In this document: positions 26,795-36,685 of the stretch, piece by piece
Position numbering within the stretch: the stretch's first letter is position 1
How the letters are laid out: each line of letters starts with the position of its first letter
NCBI GenBank assembly: GCA_965228735.1
Contig: OZ245838.1
Coordinates: forward strand, 6,752,001-6,816,000
From: Planctomycetota bacterium
GTDB taxonomy: Bacteria > Planctomycetota > UBA1135 > UBA2386
Length of the DNA: 64,000 nucleotides
Direction: 5' to 3'
Notes under the pieces: generated by a model
Told to the model about the DNA's origin: nothing
The model's database searches: none
What the model saw: the letters and a program-made list of their open reading frames with translations, nothing else
Translations under genes and position numbers: made by a program

Positions 26795-29650
26795 TCAGCG
26801 GTTGTAGAGGAACATGTTGAAGAGCTCCTGGCCCTTGCTGCCGAGGCTCTTGAGCGTCGCGAAGTCGTCGGTCGCGCGCGCCTTGCGGTAGAACTTCTGC
26901 GCGGTCTCCTCGTACTTGCTGTCCTTCTTCGCCGCCTGCTTGGCGAACCAGTAGCACTCCCAGTGGAAACGGTACCACTCGTAGCTGTACGGCTGGACCG
27001 CGGGGCGGAGCGCCCACTTGCGGTACTCGGTGTAGTACTTGAGGTAGGCCTCTTCGGCGCGGTCCAGTCCCGGCTCGCGGACACCCTGCCCGGTCGCGTT
27101 GAACTCGAACCAGCCGCCGAGGCAGCGCGAGATCTGGCGCTTGATCTCCCACTGCTCGGGGTTGGCCTCCTCGGCCTTCTCGAGCATCTCGAGCGCGACC
27201 GTGAACTTGCGCTGCTGCAGCAACGCCTCGCCGATCATCGGCCGGACCGTGAGGTCGACGACCTTCTGCGCGGCCGGGTCGGTGTCCTCGCCGTAGAGGT
27301 CGAGCGTCTTGCGCGCGATCTCGCCGACGCGCTGCCACTCACCGAGGGCCTCGAACGCGTTCATCGTGTTGACGAGCACGGCGATCTGCGGCTTGGGTGA
27401 GCTGTTGATGTAGTCGAGGCCGAGCGCGCTGAGCTTCTGCCGCACCTGCTCGAGCTGCTGGCGCGCGGCTTTCTGCGCGGTCTCGTCGTCCTTGCTGATC
27501 GCGGCCGTGAGCTCGTCGTCGAGCGACTTCTCCTGGTTGCGGTACTCGAGGAAGATCTCGGTCGCGAGGCGCGCGGCGCGCGTCTGGTCCTTCTGCTTGA
27601 GCGTCGCGTACATCTCCTCGGCGCGGTCGAGCTCGCCGATGTCGCAGAACAGGCGGCCGAGGTAGGCCGTCGCGATCGGGACGTTGGGGTTGCTCGGGTT
27701 GTTGGTCGAGAACGCCTTGAGCTTGGCGATCGCGTCCTGGTACTTGGTCGCGTCCTTCTCGATGTTGAGCTCCTCGTTGCCGCGCGCCTGGAAGTAGGCG
27801 AGCTGGGCCTCGAGCAGTTCGCCGCTCGCGAGCGCCGCTTCGCGGACCTGCTGCAGGCCAGCGTCGCGCGCGTCGATCTCGTTCTGCTTCGTGTACTCCC
27901 GGTACTCCTCGAGCGTCTTGATCGCCTGGTCGACGTTGCCGCCGAACGCCTCGGCCATCGCAACGCGCACCCGCGCGGTCTCGTACTGCGTGAAGTCCGG
28001 CGGCACCTGGCGGTACTGCTCGGCCGCGCGCTTGTAGTTCTTCTCCGTGAAGGCCGCGTTGCCCTCCTTGTAGAAGATCTTGCCCGCGCCGGCGATCGAG
28101 TAGGTCTTGATCAGGTTGGCGTACTGGTCGAAGACCGGATCGAGCAGCGGGTCGTTGTTGGTCTGGCGCTTGAGGCGGGTGATCGCGCGGTCGAGGCGGT
28201 CGGCAGCGTCGCCGGCCTGGTCCTCGTCGGTCGCGCCGAACTTCTCGAGTCCGGTGCCGAGCGCGATGATGGCCTCGAGGTTGCGCTCGCCGATCGCGAA
28301 CGCGGTGCCGAGCATGTCCCAGGCCTCGAGTCCGACCTCCTGCTCCTCCTGCGCGCTCATCACGGACAGCGCGCGACGCAGGCCCTGGATCGCGGCCTCG
28401 TAGTTGTCGTTCTGGAACTCGCCCTTGGCGATCTCGAACAGCATCTTGCCCGAGACCAGGCTCTGCTGGGCCTCGAGCATGTCGCGCATGGCCGACTTGG
28501 CCTTGATGCCGACGTAGTCGTTGGGGTGCTTGTTGTTGATGCGCTGCACCATCGCGATCGCCTCGGCGATCTTGCCCTGCTCGCCGGACTCGGCCTTGTA
28601 GCGCGCCTCCTCGAGCAGCATGAGGTGGCCCCAGCGCGGCGACACGACCTCGAACACCTCGAGGCCCTCCTGGCCGAACTTGGTCGCGAACTCGCGGAAC
28701 GACGCGAACAGCGCCGGGGTGTCCGGGCTGCCCTGCTCCGACAGCACCTCGGCGGTCTTGTAGAACACCTCCTGCGCCATCTCGTAGAGCAGCGCCTGGG
28801 TCTCGCCCGGCATGCCGGTGTCCGGCGCGTCCTTGAGGCTGGTCTGGATCTGATCGATCGTCGCCTGGTAGATGTCGATCGCGCCGTCGACGTCGCCGTT
28901 GACCTGGAAGCACTGCGCGATCTCGAACAGGCCGCGCAGACCGAGCGCGGTCTCCTCACCGTAGTCGAGGACCATCTCCTCGAGCTCGCCCACGGAGCGC
29001 TCGACGAGCACGTCGCGGTCCTGCTTGACCGCGCGCGCCTGCTCGCGCATGAGCACGCCCTTGCGCATCCAGAACAGGCCATACTCGATGTTCGTCCGCT
29101 CGTCCTTGCGGCGCTGCCCTTCGAGCTCCTCCATGACCTTGCTGCAGGCTTCGATGCCGGCGCGGAACGTGTCCGACGCCTCGCTCTCGAGCTGGCCCAC
29201 GGCCTCGGGGTTCTCCTCGCGCGCGATCTCGAGCTCCTGCAGCAGGAACTGACCGAACTCCTGCGAGGCGTCCGCGAGCGTGCCGCGCGCCTGCAGCAGG
29301 ACCTTGTCGTCGTTGCTGCGGCCGATCAGCTCCTTGGACTTCTCGATCGCTTCCTTGAACAGCGTGCGCTGGACCTCGCGGTCGGCGCGCAGCTTGGCGC
29401 CCTGGTAGCTGATCTGGACGCTGAGTTGGGCGATGCGGTCCTGTTCACCCGCGGCGCGATGCTCCGTCGCGAGGCGGTCGGCCTCGGACTTCGCGAGTTC
29501 GATGAAGCTCATCTTCTCCGCGAGCGCGCGGACGAAGTCGAGCTCGCGATCGAGCGAGTCCTGGGCCAGGAGGAGGGAGGACGAAACGCCGGTCAACGCC
29601 GGGCCGAGAAACGCCGTGAGAATGGCGAGTCGAATGCCGGTCACAAGCAA
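26795..29650 (-). CDS. Large exported TPR/alpha-solenoid protein (951 aa)
   Basis: N-terminal signal peptide; TPR-like units such as GLFEIAQCFQVNGDVDGAIDIYQ, LFEIAKGEFQNDNYEAAIQGLR, FYKEGNAAFTEKNYKRAAEQY. Confidence 0.85.
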   Translation of the reverse strand: MLVTGIRLAILTAFLGPALTGVSSSLLLAQDSLDRELDFVRALAEKMSFIELAKSEADRLATEHRAAGEQDRIAQLSVQISYQGAKLRADREVQRTLFKEAIEKSKELIGRSNDDKVLLQARGTLADASQEFGQFLLQELEIAREENPEAVGQLESEASDTFRAGIEACSKVMEELEGQRRKDERTNIEYGLFWMRKGVLMREQARAVKQDRDVLVERSVGELEEMVLDYGEETALGLRGLFEIAQCFQVNGDVDGAIDIYQATIDQIQTSLKDAPDTGMPGETQALLYEMAQEVFYKTAEVLSEQGSPDTPALFASFREFATKFGQEGLEVFEVVSPRWGHLMLLEEARYKAESGEQGKIAEAIAMVQRINNKHPNDYVGIKAKSAMRDMLEAQQSLVSGKMLFEIAKGEFQNDNYEAAIQGLRRALSVMSAQEEQEVGLEAWDMLGTAFAIGERNLEAIIALGTGLEKFGATDEDQAGDAADRLDRAITRLKRQTNNDPLLDPVFDQYANLIKTYSIAGAGKIFYKEGNAAFTEKNYKRAAEQYRQVPPDFTQYETARVRVAMAEAFGGNVDQAIKTLEEYREYTKQNEIDARDAGLQQVREAALASGELLEAQLAYFQARGNEELNIEKDATKYQDAIAKLKAFSTNNPSNPNVPIATAYLGRLFCDIGELDRAEEMYATLKQKDQTRAARLATEIFLEYRNQEKSLDDELTAAISKDDETAQKAARQQLEQVRQKLSALGLDYINSSPKPQIAVLVNTMNAFEALGEWQRVGEIARKTLDLYGEDTDPAAQKVVDLTVRPMIGEALLQQRKFTVALEMLEKAEEANPEQWEIKRQISRCLGGWFEFNATGQGVREPGLDRAEEAYLKYYTEYRKWALRPAVQPYSYEWYRFHWECYWFAKQAAKKDSKYEETAQKFYRKARATDDFATLKSLGSKGQELFNMFLYNR

Positions 29651-29864
29651 CTCCGGATCGGGGACTGAAAGTCGTCGCGCGCAGTCGTTACCCGGAATGA
29701 GGTAACGAGTTACGGCTATACGAGGGCGGGTCTCGGAGGGGCCGCCAAGAGGCCCGCCGGGGAGGGAGAACGAAGGACTATAGCGACTCGTTCACTCGTT
29801 CCAACGATTAACGACCCCACCGGACGACCCGTCCTTGCCCGATCCGGGCTTCGGCCGCCAATGC

Positions 29865-29898
29865 AAAACGGCCGGCCCCGCGTCGCGGGGCCGGCCGT
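29865..29898 (-). terminator. Intrinsic terminator after secretin 2
   Basis: Inverted repeat acggccggccccgcg-t-cgcggggccggccgt; followed by a T-run on the minus strand, about 50 nt after the stop at 29951. Confidence 0.75.
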
Positions 29899-29950
29899 CG
29901 GAATTGGCCGTCTCGGGATCGGCCGTCTCGGTTGCCGATGGGGGCGGCGC

Positions 29951-32599
29951 TCAGCGCGCGCTCGTCATCAGCACTTCGCCGCTCGGCGTCGTGACCGCGC
30001 GCGGCTCGTGCTCTTCCATGAGGATGATCTTGGCGCGGATCAGGATCAGGATCTTGCGGTTCTGGACCGACGTGCCCTGACGGCTGAAGAGCCAGCTCAG
30101 GCCCGGCAGGCTGCCGAGCAGCGGCACCGTCGAGCGCAGGTTCTGCTTCTCGCTGAGGCGCATGCCGCCGAGCATCATCGTGCCGCCATCGGGCATCGTG
30201 ACCGTCGTGCGGACGCGCTGCAGTGTGACTTCGGGCAGCTGGATCGAGATCGGCTGGCCGACGCCGAGCGTCGTCGTGAACGTCGGGATCGGCAGCTGCA
30301 GCGACATGACCGTCGGGCGCAGCTCCATCGTGATGAAGCGCAGGTCGCTGTCGACCACGGGGCGGACGTCGAGGGCGACGCCGTCGTGGACCGTGCCGAT
30401 GACCGGGTTGGCCACCGCGGCCGCCTGCGCGATTTCGACCTCGAAGTCGCGGATGTAGCTGATGTTCCGCAGGTGGTGCATCGAGGCGCGCGAGTTGTTG
30501 TAGATCAGCAGGCGCGGGGCCTCGATCTGCTCGCTGCGCTCCTGCTTCGCCACGGCGCGCAGCACGATCTCGACCTCGGTGTCGTCGAGGAACGCGTACT
30601 GGAGCGCGAGGCCGCCGGAGTTCTCGAGGCCGCCGTTGCGGCCGCCGAGCGTGCTGTCGTAGAGGCCCTCGGTGCGGGCCATGAGGTCACCGTCGAGGCC
30701 GTCGTCGAGGAAGACGCCCGGCTCGGTGCCGGTGCCGACGAGGCCCGGGGTCGCGGCGTTCTGCTGCTGGCGCGGGCCGAACTCGTCGAAGCCGGCGTTC
30801 GTGCGGATGCCGTTCTTCTCGAGGCCGCGGCCGGCGAGACCTTCGGACGACTGGTTGCCCAGGCCGCGCAGGTCGATGCCGAGGTCCTCGAGGAACTGGT
30901 CCTCGACCTTGAGGAAGCGCGACTCGACGTCGACCTGGATGCCGACGTGGCGGCGCAGCTCGTTGAGCAGGCGGTCGATCTCCATGTGCGCCTCACGATC
31001 GGCGCGGATGTAGAGGATGCCGCTCAGCAGGTTCATCGTGAACGGGTTGCTGTCCCACTTCTCGGGCGCGACCGTCGCGGTCAGCAGCTCCATGAGACGG
31101 CCTTCGTCGACGACCGATGGCATCGGGTCTTCGTCGACCTCGGGGAACAGCGGCAGGTCGTCGCCCGGCACCGGCAGGCGCAGGTCGGGACCCGGGTTGC
31201 TGCGCACGCCCTGGATCAGGTCGGAGACCATGTAGGGCTGCAGGTAGAGCAGGCCGATCGCGTTCTCCGGGCTGACGAGGTGGACCATGCCGTCGCGCAC
31301 GCGGTAGGCGACGCCGGTCTGCGACTGGATCGCGCGCATGGCGTCCGACACCGAACGGTTCGGCAGGCGGAAGTCCTCGAGCGTCGTCTGCTCGGCGGGC
31401 ATGTCGCGGACTTCCTGCGTCACGAAGAACGTCACGCCCGTCAGGCCGGCGTAGTAGCTCGCCCAGTCGTCGACCGTCGCGCTCGAGAAGTTGTGCTCGA
31501 GGCGGGTCTCGTTGAGGATGCGCGCGATCTCGCGGTTCTCCGGCGTGTCGAGCGCGGCCGGCGGGGTGTAGCTCGCGGCGGTCCGCTGCGACACGTTCGC
31601 CCAACGCGTCGGATCGAACACGACCGAGTCGACCTGCGGCAGGTTGCTGTGCTGCAGCTCGAGGAACGTCTTGTTCCACTCGGTGCGCCAGCGCTCGCGC
31701 GCGGTCTCCATCGCCGTCGCGTGGCGCGCGCGGTCCGCGAGGTCACGCAGCGACATCGCCGTCGGGTTCGTCGGGTCGCGCAGCAGCGCTTCGTCGACGT
31801 AGTTGAGCGAGCGCTCGTACTGACCCGACTGGAACGCCAGGTTGGCCTCGTCGAGGATGCGCTGGACCGCGAGCTCCTTGGCCGCGCGGGCCTCGGTCTC
31901 CTGCTTGCGCAGCTCGGCGGCCGACTGCTCTTCGCGGCGCTTGATCTCGTTGACCTGCGCCTCCTGCTGGGCGTCCTGCGCGCGCGCGAGCAGCATCTCG
32001 GCGCGGCGCTTGAGCTGGTCGTTCTCCTGCGCGTAGAGCGAGTACTGCATCACCGTCACGGCGCGCTGGAAGTGATCGATCGCGCGGCCGTAGGCCTTGG
32101 TCTCGAGCATCGCTTCGCCGAGCTGCAGCTCCTTCTCCACGAGGGCGCGCTCACGCTCGAGGCGCACGCGATCCATGATGATCGCTTCGTCGAGCGCGTT
32201 GCCGACGCGGACGCCGGTGCCGGCATCGCCGAGGATGTCGTTGCAGCGGCGCAGGATGTCGCGGGCCTCTTCGTTGTTGTTGTCGAGCTCGAGCGCGTAG
32301 GCCGCCTCGTTGCGGGCGTCTTCGAAGAGCCGCAGCTCGAACGAACGGCGCGCACTCTCGACCGCCTTCTGCGCCTGCACCTGCGCGCGGCCCTGGCCCT
32401 GACCTTGCGGGTCTTGCGGGGTCGCCGCGGCCGAGGTCATGGCACTGGTGTCGGCCGAATCGTCAGCCGGTTCGGTGAGGGCGGTGGCGTCGTTGTCGTT
32501 CGGCGTGAGGCCGCCGAAGTGCGCCGGCGAACCGGAGCACGCTGCCAGGGCGAGCAGCGCGAGGAAGCCATTCGAGCGCAGGGTCTGAACCTTGATCAT
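29951..32599 (-). CDS. Lipoprotein secretin with helical/TPR-like N-terminus, paralogue 2
   Basis: Start MIKVQTL; lipobox LALAAC; LYIRADREAHMEIDRLLNELR; QVDVESRFL; GVALDVRPVV; TTVTMPDGGTMMLGG; VPLLGSLPGLSWLF. Confidence 0.88.
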   Translation of the reverse strand: MIKVQTLRSNGFLALLALAACSGSPAHFGGLTPNDNDATALTEPADDSADTSAMTSAAATPQDPQGQGQGRAQVQAQKAVESARRSFELRLFEDARNEAAYALELDNNNEEARDILRRCNDILGDAGTGVRVGNALDEAIIMDRVRLERERALVEKELQLGEAMLETKAYGRAIDHFQRAVTVMQYSLYAQENDQLKRRAEMLLARAQDAQQEAQVNEIKRREEQSAAELRKQETEARAAKELAVQRILDEANLAFQSGQYERSLNYVDEALLRDPTNPTAMSLRDLADRARHATAMETARERWRTEWNKTFLELQHSNLPQVDSVVFDPTRWANVSQRTAASYTPPAALDTPENREIARILNETRLEHNFSSATVDDWASYYAGLTGVTFFVTQEVRDMPAEQTTLEDFRLPNRSVSDAMRAIQSQTGVAYRVRDGMVHLVSPENAIGLLYLQPYMVSDLIQGVRSNPGPDLRLPVPGDDLPLFPEVDEDPMPSVVDEGRLMELLTATVAPEKWDSNPFTMNLLSGILYIRADREAHMEIDRLLNELRRHVGIQVDVESRFLKVEDQFLEDLGIDLRGLGNQSSEGLAGRGLEKNGIRTNAGFDEFGPRQQQNAATPGLVGTGTEPGVFLDDGLDGDLMARTEGLYDSTLGGRNGGLENSGGLALQYAFLDDTEVEIVLRAVAKQERSEQIEAPRLLIYNNSRASMHHLRNISYIRDFEVEIAQAAAVANPVIGTVHDGVALDVRPVVDSDLRFITMELRPTVMSLQLPIPTFTTTLGVGQPISIQLPEVTLQRVRTTVTMPDGGTMMLGGMRLSEKQNLRSTVPLLGSLPGLSWLFSRQGTSVQNRKILILIRAKIILMEEHEPRAVTTPSGEVLMTSAR

Positions 32600-32946
32600 G
32601 CTGAATGCCTGCAATGAGGACGTACAGGGAGAGGGGGTGCGGCTGGGCGGTGCCGCGCGAGACCGACTCGACGCGGGTGCGACGACGACGGCGCGAGAGG
32701 GAAAAGAACGAGTCGTCAGCGACACATCGGGACGTCGTCCTGCATGCCACAGGACCGGCGTGCTCGAGAGGCAGAGCTGGCGACACGGGATCCGGACGAT
32801 CCCGTAGATGACTCGCCGGGAGGGGAGAGTGGGCGGGACGGTAGCCAGCCCGGAAGGGGTGGTCAAGGTTGCTTTCGCCCGCTGGCGCCGGATCTTGCGG
32901 CGGGCTCGCGGCCCGGGTGGGGCCCGCCTGGCGACCCGCGGTGGCG

Positions 32947-33771
32947 CTACTTCGGCGGCACTTCCGGTCGGCCGAGTATGCGATTCACGCGCTTGATGTC
33001 CTCCCAGGTCTCGCGCTTCCGCGACGGCTCGCGCAGGAGGTATGCCGGATGCCAGGTCACGACGACCGGCACCCCGCGGTAGTCGAGTTCCTGACCGCGC
33101 AAGCGGGTGGCCGATTCCTTGCGGCCGAGGAGGTTTTGCGCGGCGATCCGGCCGAGGCAGACGATCGCCTGCGGGCGGACGAGCTCGACCTGTTCTTGCA
33201 GATACGGCAGGCAGGCTGCGACTTCGTCAGGCTGGGGCTCGCGATTGTTCGGTGGACGGCATTTGTTGATGTTCGCGATGTAGACCTCGTCGCGGCCGAA
33301 CCCCATCGCATTGGCGATGATCTTGTCGAGCAGCTGACCGGCCGCGCCGACGAACGGCCGCCCCGTGCGGTCCTCGTTCGCGCCCGGCGCCTCGCCGACG
33401 AACATCACGGGCGCGCCGATCGCGCCTTCGCCGAAGACCACGTTGGTGCGGTGCTCGCACAGCTTGCACTGCTCGCACGAAAGCGCCCGGGTCTTGAGCG
33501 CGGCGAGCGGATCGGCGGTTGCGGGAGACGGGTCGGCGGTGGGGGCGGGGGCGCTGGTCGGGTTCGCCGCTGCGACCGGTGGCGACTTGCGCGAGCTCGC
33601 CGGTCGCGGCGCGGTGGCCGGCGATGCCGCGGCAGGTTGCCCGACTTGCGCCGCCGGTTGCCGGGCCGGCGCCGCCGGTGCGGCTCGCTGCACGGGCAGC
33701 GTGAGTTCGCTGCCGTAGGCCTGCTGCAACCGTTCGAGGTGGAGCGTCAGGTGATCGCGGTGGACCGCCAT
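32947..33771 (-). CDS. Family-4 uracil-DNA glycosylase with Pro/Ala-rich N-terminal linker
   Basis: CEQCKLC, VMFVGEAPGANED, GRPFVGAAGQLL, NINKCRPPNNR, TWHPAYLLR. Confidence 0.93.
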   Translation of the reverse strand: MAVHRDHLTLHLERLQQAYGSELTLPVQRAAPAAPARQPAAQVGQPAAASPATAPRPASSRKSPPVAAANPTSAPAPTADPSPATADPLAALKTRALSCEQCKLCEHRTNVVFGEGAIGAPVMFVGEAPGANEDRTGRPFVGAAGQLLDKIIANAMGFGRDEVYIANINKCRPPNNREPQPDEVAACLPYLQEQVELVRPQAIVCLGRIAAQNLLGRKESATRLRGQELDYRGVPVVVTWHPAYLLREPSRKRETWEDIKRVNRILGRPEVPPK

Positions 33772-33846
33772 GGTCCCCGTTGTAGCGGTCGGTGGCGCAA
33801 CGACGGTCGAAATACTGCGCTTGCCCCGGGGTATCTTGCACCTGCC

Positions 33847-35091
33847 ATGGCCGCTCCCCTCATGTCCGCTCGCCGTTCTCTCATCGCGCCTGCCGCCGCC
33901 GGTCTCGCGCTCGTGCTCGCCATCCCGAGCTGCTCGGTCGGCTCGAGCTCGATGCGCGCGACGTTCGCCGATCCCGAGCTCGGCCAGGTCTACATGCGCA
34001 CGCTCGATTCGCACCGGATCGCGGTCGCGTTCTATCGCGACGGTCGGCTCGACGGCGCGGCGCGCGCGTACCGGCTCGCGGATCACAGCTGGGCCAGCGA
34101 CTGGCTGCAGTCCCGCGAAGCGGTCGATCCACCGGAGCTGCCCGTCTGGCGCCAGACGCTCGGTCGGATGCAGCGACTCGCGGACGCGCGCGGGGCGGAT
34201 CCGCGCGAGCTGCTGCGGCTGGCCGGCGACCAGCCGTTCTCCGACGCGCGGCGCGATTGCGTGCTGGCCTGGGTCGACCACGATCCGGAACGTGCGGCGA
34301 CGATCGTCGACGACATCGATGCGGCCGGGGTCGGTCGTGCGACGGGCACCGAGCTCGTCGAGCTCGCGCTGCGGGCGCCGCAGGGCGACGCGCGACTGAG
34401 CCGTTGGATGGCGGCGCTCGCCGCGGGCAACGATCGCGACGGGTGCAAGCTCGTCATCGCGGCGCCGGGCGCCGGGCCGGAGACCGCGCGCACGACGTTG
34501 CGCGAGCTCGACGAGTTCTCGAGTTCGGTGCGGGCCGTGCTGTTCGAGGCGGCTGTTCCGCGGCTCGCGGCGCCGCTGTCGCATGCGGATCGCGACCTGC
34601 TCGTGCGGGCCGTCGACCGGCTGCCGAGCAGCGCCGAGGCGCCCGCAATCCTGCGCGTGTTCGAAACTCCGGCCATGGCCGACGCCGCCCTCGGGCGCGC
34701 CGTGCTGGGCGCGATCGAGGACTTTCGGAGTTCGGACCGGCTCGACGTGATGCTCGCGGCGGCCCGGTGCGCGCGCGGCGACCGCGCCGGGGCCGATGCG
34801 ATCGGTGACGCGATCGACGAGCTGCCGAGCCGCGACCGCTGGCCGGGGGCGGCGGTGCTGCTCGAAGAAGGCGCGGACTCCGAGCTCGTCGTCGCGCTGC
34901 TGCGCGCGGCGCACACGCTGCCGACGCGGGACCGCGCGAGCCTCGTCGAGGCCGCGCTGCGGCAGGCGCACTGGGACGATCGCATCGCGGTCGCGGCGCA
35001 GGCGGCGGTGGCCGACGTGTCCGGGCGTGATCGGCGCAACGAATTGCGGCAGGCCGTCGAGGCGCGCGCGAGTCGCAGCGGACGGCAATAG
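33847..35091 (+). CDS. Putative lipoprotein with alpha-helical repeats
   Basis: GLALVLAIPSC lipobox-like signal; recurring units LDEFSSSVR / VDRLPSSAE / IEDFRSSDR / IDELPSRDR / AHTLPTRDR. Confidence 0.7.
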   Translation: MAAPLMSARRSLIAPAAAGLALVLAIPSCSVGSSSMRATFADPELGQVYMRTLDSHRIAVAFYRDGRLDGAARAYRLADHSWASDWLQSREAVDPPELPVWRQTLGRMQRLADARGADPRELLRLAGDQPFSDARRDCVLAWVDHDPERAATIVDDIDAAGVGRATGTELVELALRAPQGDARLSRWMAALAAGNDRDGCKLVIAAPGAGPETARTTLRELDEFSSSVRAVLFEAAVPRLAAPLSHADRDLLVRAVDRLPSSAEAPAILRVFETPAMADAALGRAVLGAIEDFRSSDRLDVMLAAARCARGDRAGADAIGDAIDELPSRDRWPGAAVLLEEGADSELVVALLRAAHTLPTRDRASLVEAALRQAHWDDRIAVAAQAAVADVSGRDRRNELRQAVEARASRSGRQ

Positions 35092-35119
35092 CGCGCCGCG
35101 TCGAGGTAAGATCGCGGGC

Positions 35120-36685
35120 ATGGGAAGCTGCCTCCACTCCGCCTCGTTCGCCATCACGGCCCTCATCGCGGCCCCGCTCGCCGCGCAATCGGTGCTCGTC
35201 GGCCCGAGCGTGCTCGATCTGCAGCGGTCGTACCACGTCGGCATCTACGAGCTGAAGATCGAGGTGCCGTCGGGCGCGCTGCGCGTCGTCGCCGAGCACG
35301 GCGACCTCGACTTCACGGCCGCCGGCACCATGACGGGGTCGCTCGACATCTGGGAGTGGAACGCCCAGGGCGGCACGTTCACGCCCAACGAGATGATCGC
35401 GGGCAACTACGGCGTCGGACCGTCCGGGATGATCGAGGTCGATCTCGACCCGAGCAACCCCGGCACCGACGTCCTGCAGATGTTCATCGCCCCCGACGGT
35501 GACGTGATGCACATCAGCCGCTACGACCTCGACCCCGAGGCGTTCGGCATCTTCGCCGTCGCGAAGTCGACGGGGCAGTCCAACGCGTCGATGAACGGCG
35601 ACTACAACTTCTACGGCCAGGGCATCTCGATCGCCGGTGGGGTGGTCGAGACCTACGCGGACTGGGGGGTCGCGACGTTCGACGGCGCGGGCAACGCGAC
35701 GATCAACGGCACGTCGATGGAGGTGGCGAGCAACGGCACCGTCACGACGGGCACGAACACGGGCACGGTGCCCTACGCGGTCGCGCCGGACGGCGAGCTC
35801 GTGCTCGACGGCATTCCGGGCGGGCTGTCGCCGACGGGGGAACTGCTGTTCCTCGCGGATGGCTCGACGACGAATCCCGAGGTGGGGCTCGTTCTCGGGG
35901 TGCGCGTCGGCGGCAACTACGACCTCAACGATCTCGCGGGCAAGTACAGCCTGACCGGGATGAGCGTCGAACTCGGCACGTCGCCGTCGCAGCCGTTGAC
36001 GGTCACCGACGTCGGCGAACTCGTGATCACGGCGTCGAGTCCGACGAGCGGCACGTGGTCGGCGGAGGGGATCACCGTCGACGGCAATGCGTTCGGACTG
36101 TCGTTCGGCACCCTTTCCGCGAGCGGCCCGGTGCAGCTCGCACCGAACGGCGTCGCGACGCTGAGCTTCCCCACGACCGGCTTCATCGAACTCGCGTTCT
36201 CCGACTCGGGGCGCTACGCCGCCGGTCGCATCGACGGCAACGACACCAACCTGTTCTTCGCCGTGCGGTCGTGCCCGTGCGAACCGTTCGGCACCGACAC
36301 GGCGGGCAGCGGCGGCATCGCGCCGGAGCTCGGCATGCGCACGTTCCCGACGCTCGGCAACAGCAACTGGAGCTTCGCGATCGATCGCGGTCTCGGCTCG
36401 GCGCCGGCCATCCTGCCGATCGCGTTCGCGGGTTCGCCGGCCGGCCTGCCGCTGTCGGGCGGTCTGCTCTGGCTCGACCCGACCCGGGTCGCGGCCAACC
36501 CGTTCGTGGTGCTCTCCGGCCCGGCCGGCGTCCCCGGTGCCGGCGCGGTCGACGTCACGATCGCGATCCCCGCGACCCCGAGCTTCGAAGGCGTCGACCT
36601 CTTCGCCCAGGCCCTCGTCCTCGATCCCGGCGCCCCCCAGACCGTCAGCTTCAGCCGCGCCCTGGCCGTCGAGTTCTGCCGCTGA
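35120..36685 (+). CDS. Secreted protein with three internal beta-rich repeats and the shared C-terminal module
   Basis: Signal peptide ending APLAAQ; repeats LQRSYHV..GDLDF / MNGDYNF..GVATF / LAGKYSL..GELVI; C-terminal IAIPATPSFEGVDLFAQALVLDP. Confidence 0.82.
   Translation: MGSCLHSASFAITALIAAPLAAQSVLVGPSVLDLQRSYHVGIYELKIEVPSGALRVVAEHGDLDFTAAGTMTGSLDIWEWNAQGGTFTPNEMIAGNYGVGPSGMIEVDLDPSNPGTDVLQMFIAPDGDVMHISRYDLDPEAFGIFAVAKSTGQSNASMNGDYNFYGQGISIAGGVVETYADWGVATFDGAGNATINGTSMEVASNGTVTTGTNTGTVPYAVAPDGELVLDGIPGGLSPTGELLFLADGSTTNPEVGLVLGVRVGGNYDLNDLAGKYSLTGMSVELGTSPSQPLTVTDVGELVITASSPTSGTWSAEGITVDGNAFGLSFGTLSASGPVQLAPNGVATLSFPTTGFIELAFSDSGRYAAGRIDGNDTNLFFAVRSCPCEPFGTDTAGSGGIAPELGMRTFPTLGNSNWSFAIDRGLGSAPAILPIAFAGSPAGLPLSGGLLWLDPTRVAANPFVVLSGPAGVPGAGAVDVTIAIPATPSFEGVDLFAQALVLDPGAPQTVSFSRALAVEFCR

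Noticed and set aside
17699..32599. Canonical type II secretion or type IV pilus cluster
   Set aside because: No assembly ATPase, platform protein, prepilin N-methylation motif or prepilin peptidase in the window. They could still lie elsewhere in the genome.
32947..35244. 765-aa uracil-DNA glycosylase fusion as given in the ORF track
   Set aside because: The upstream 491 codons are antisense to the 33847-35091 lipoprotein gene. The credible start is ATG 33771.
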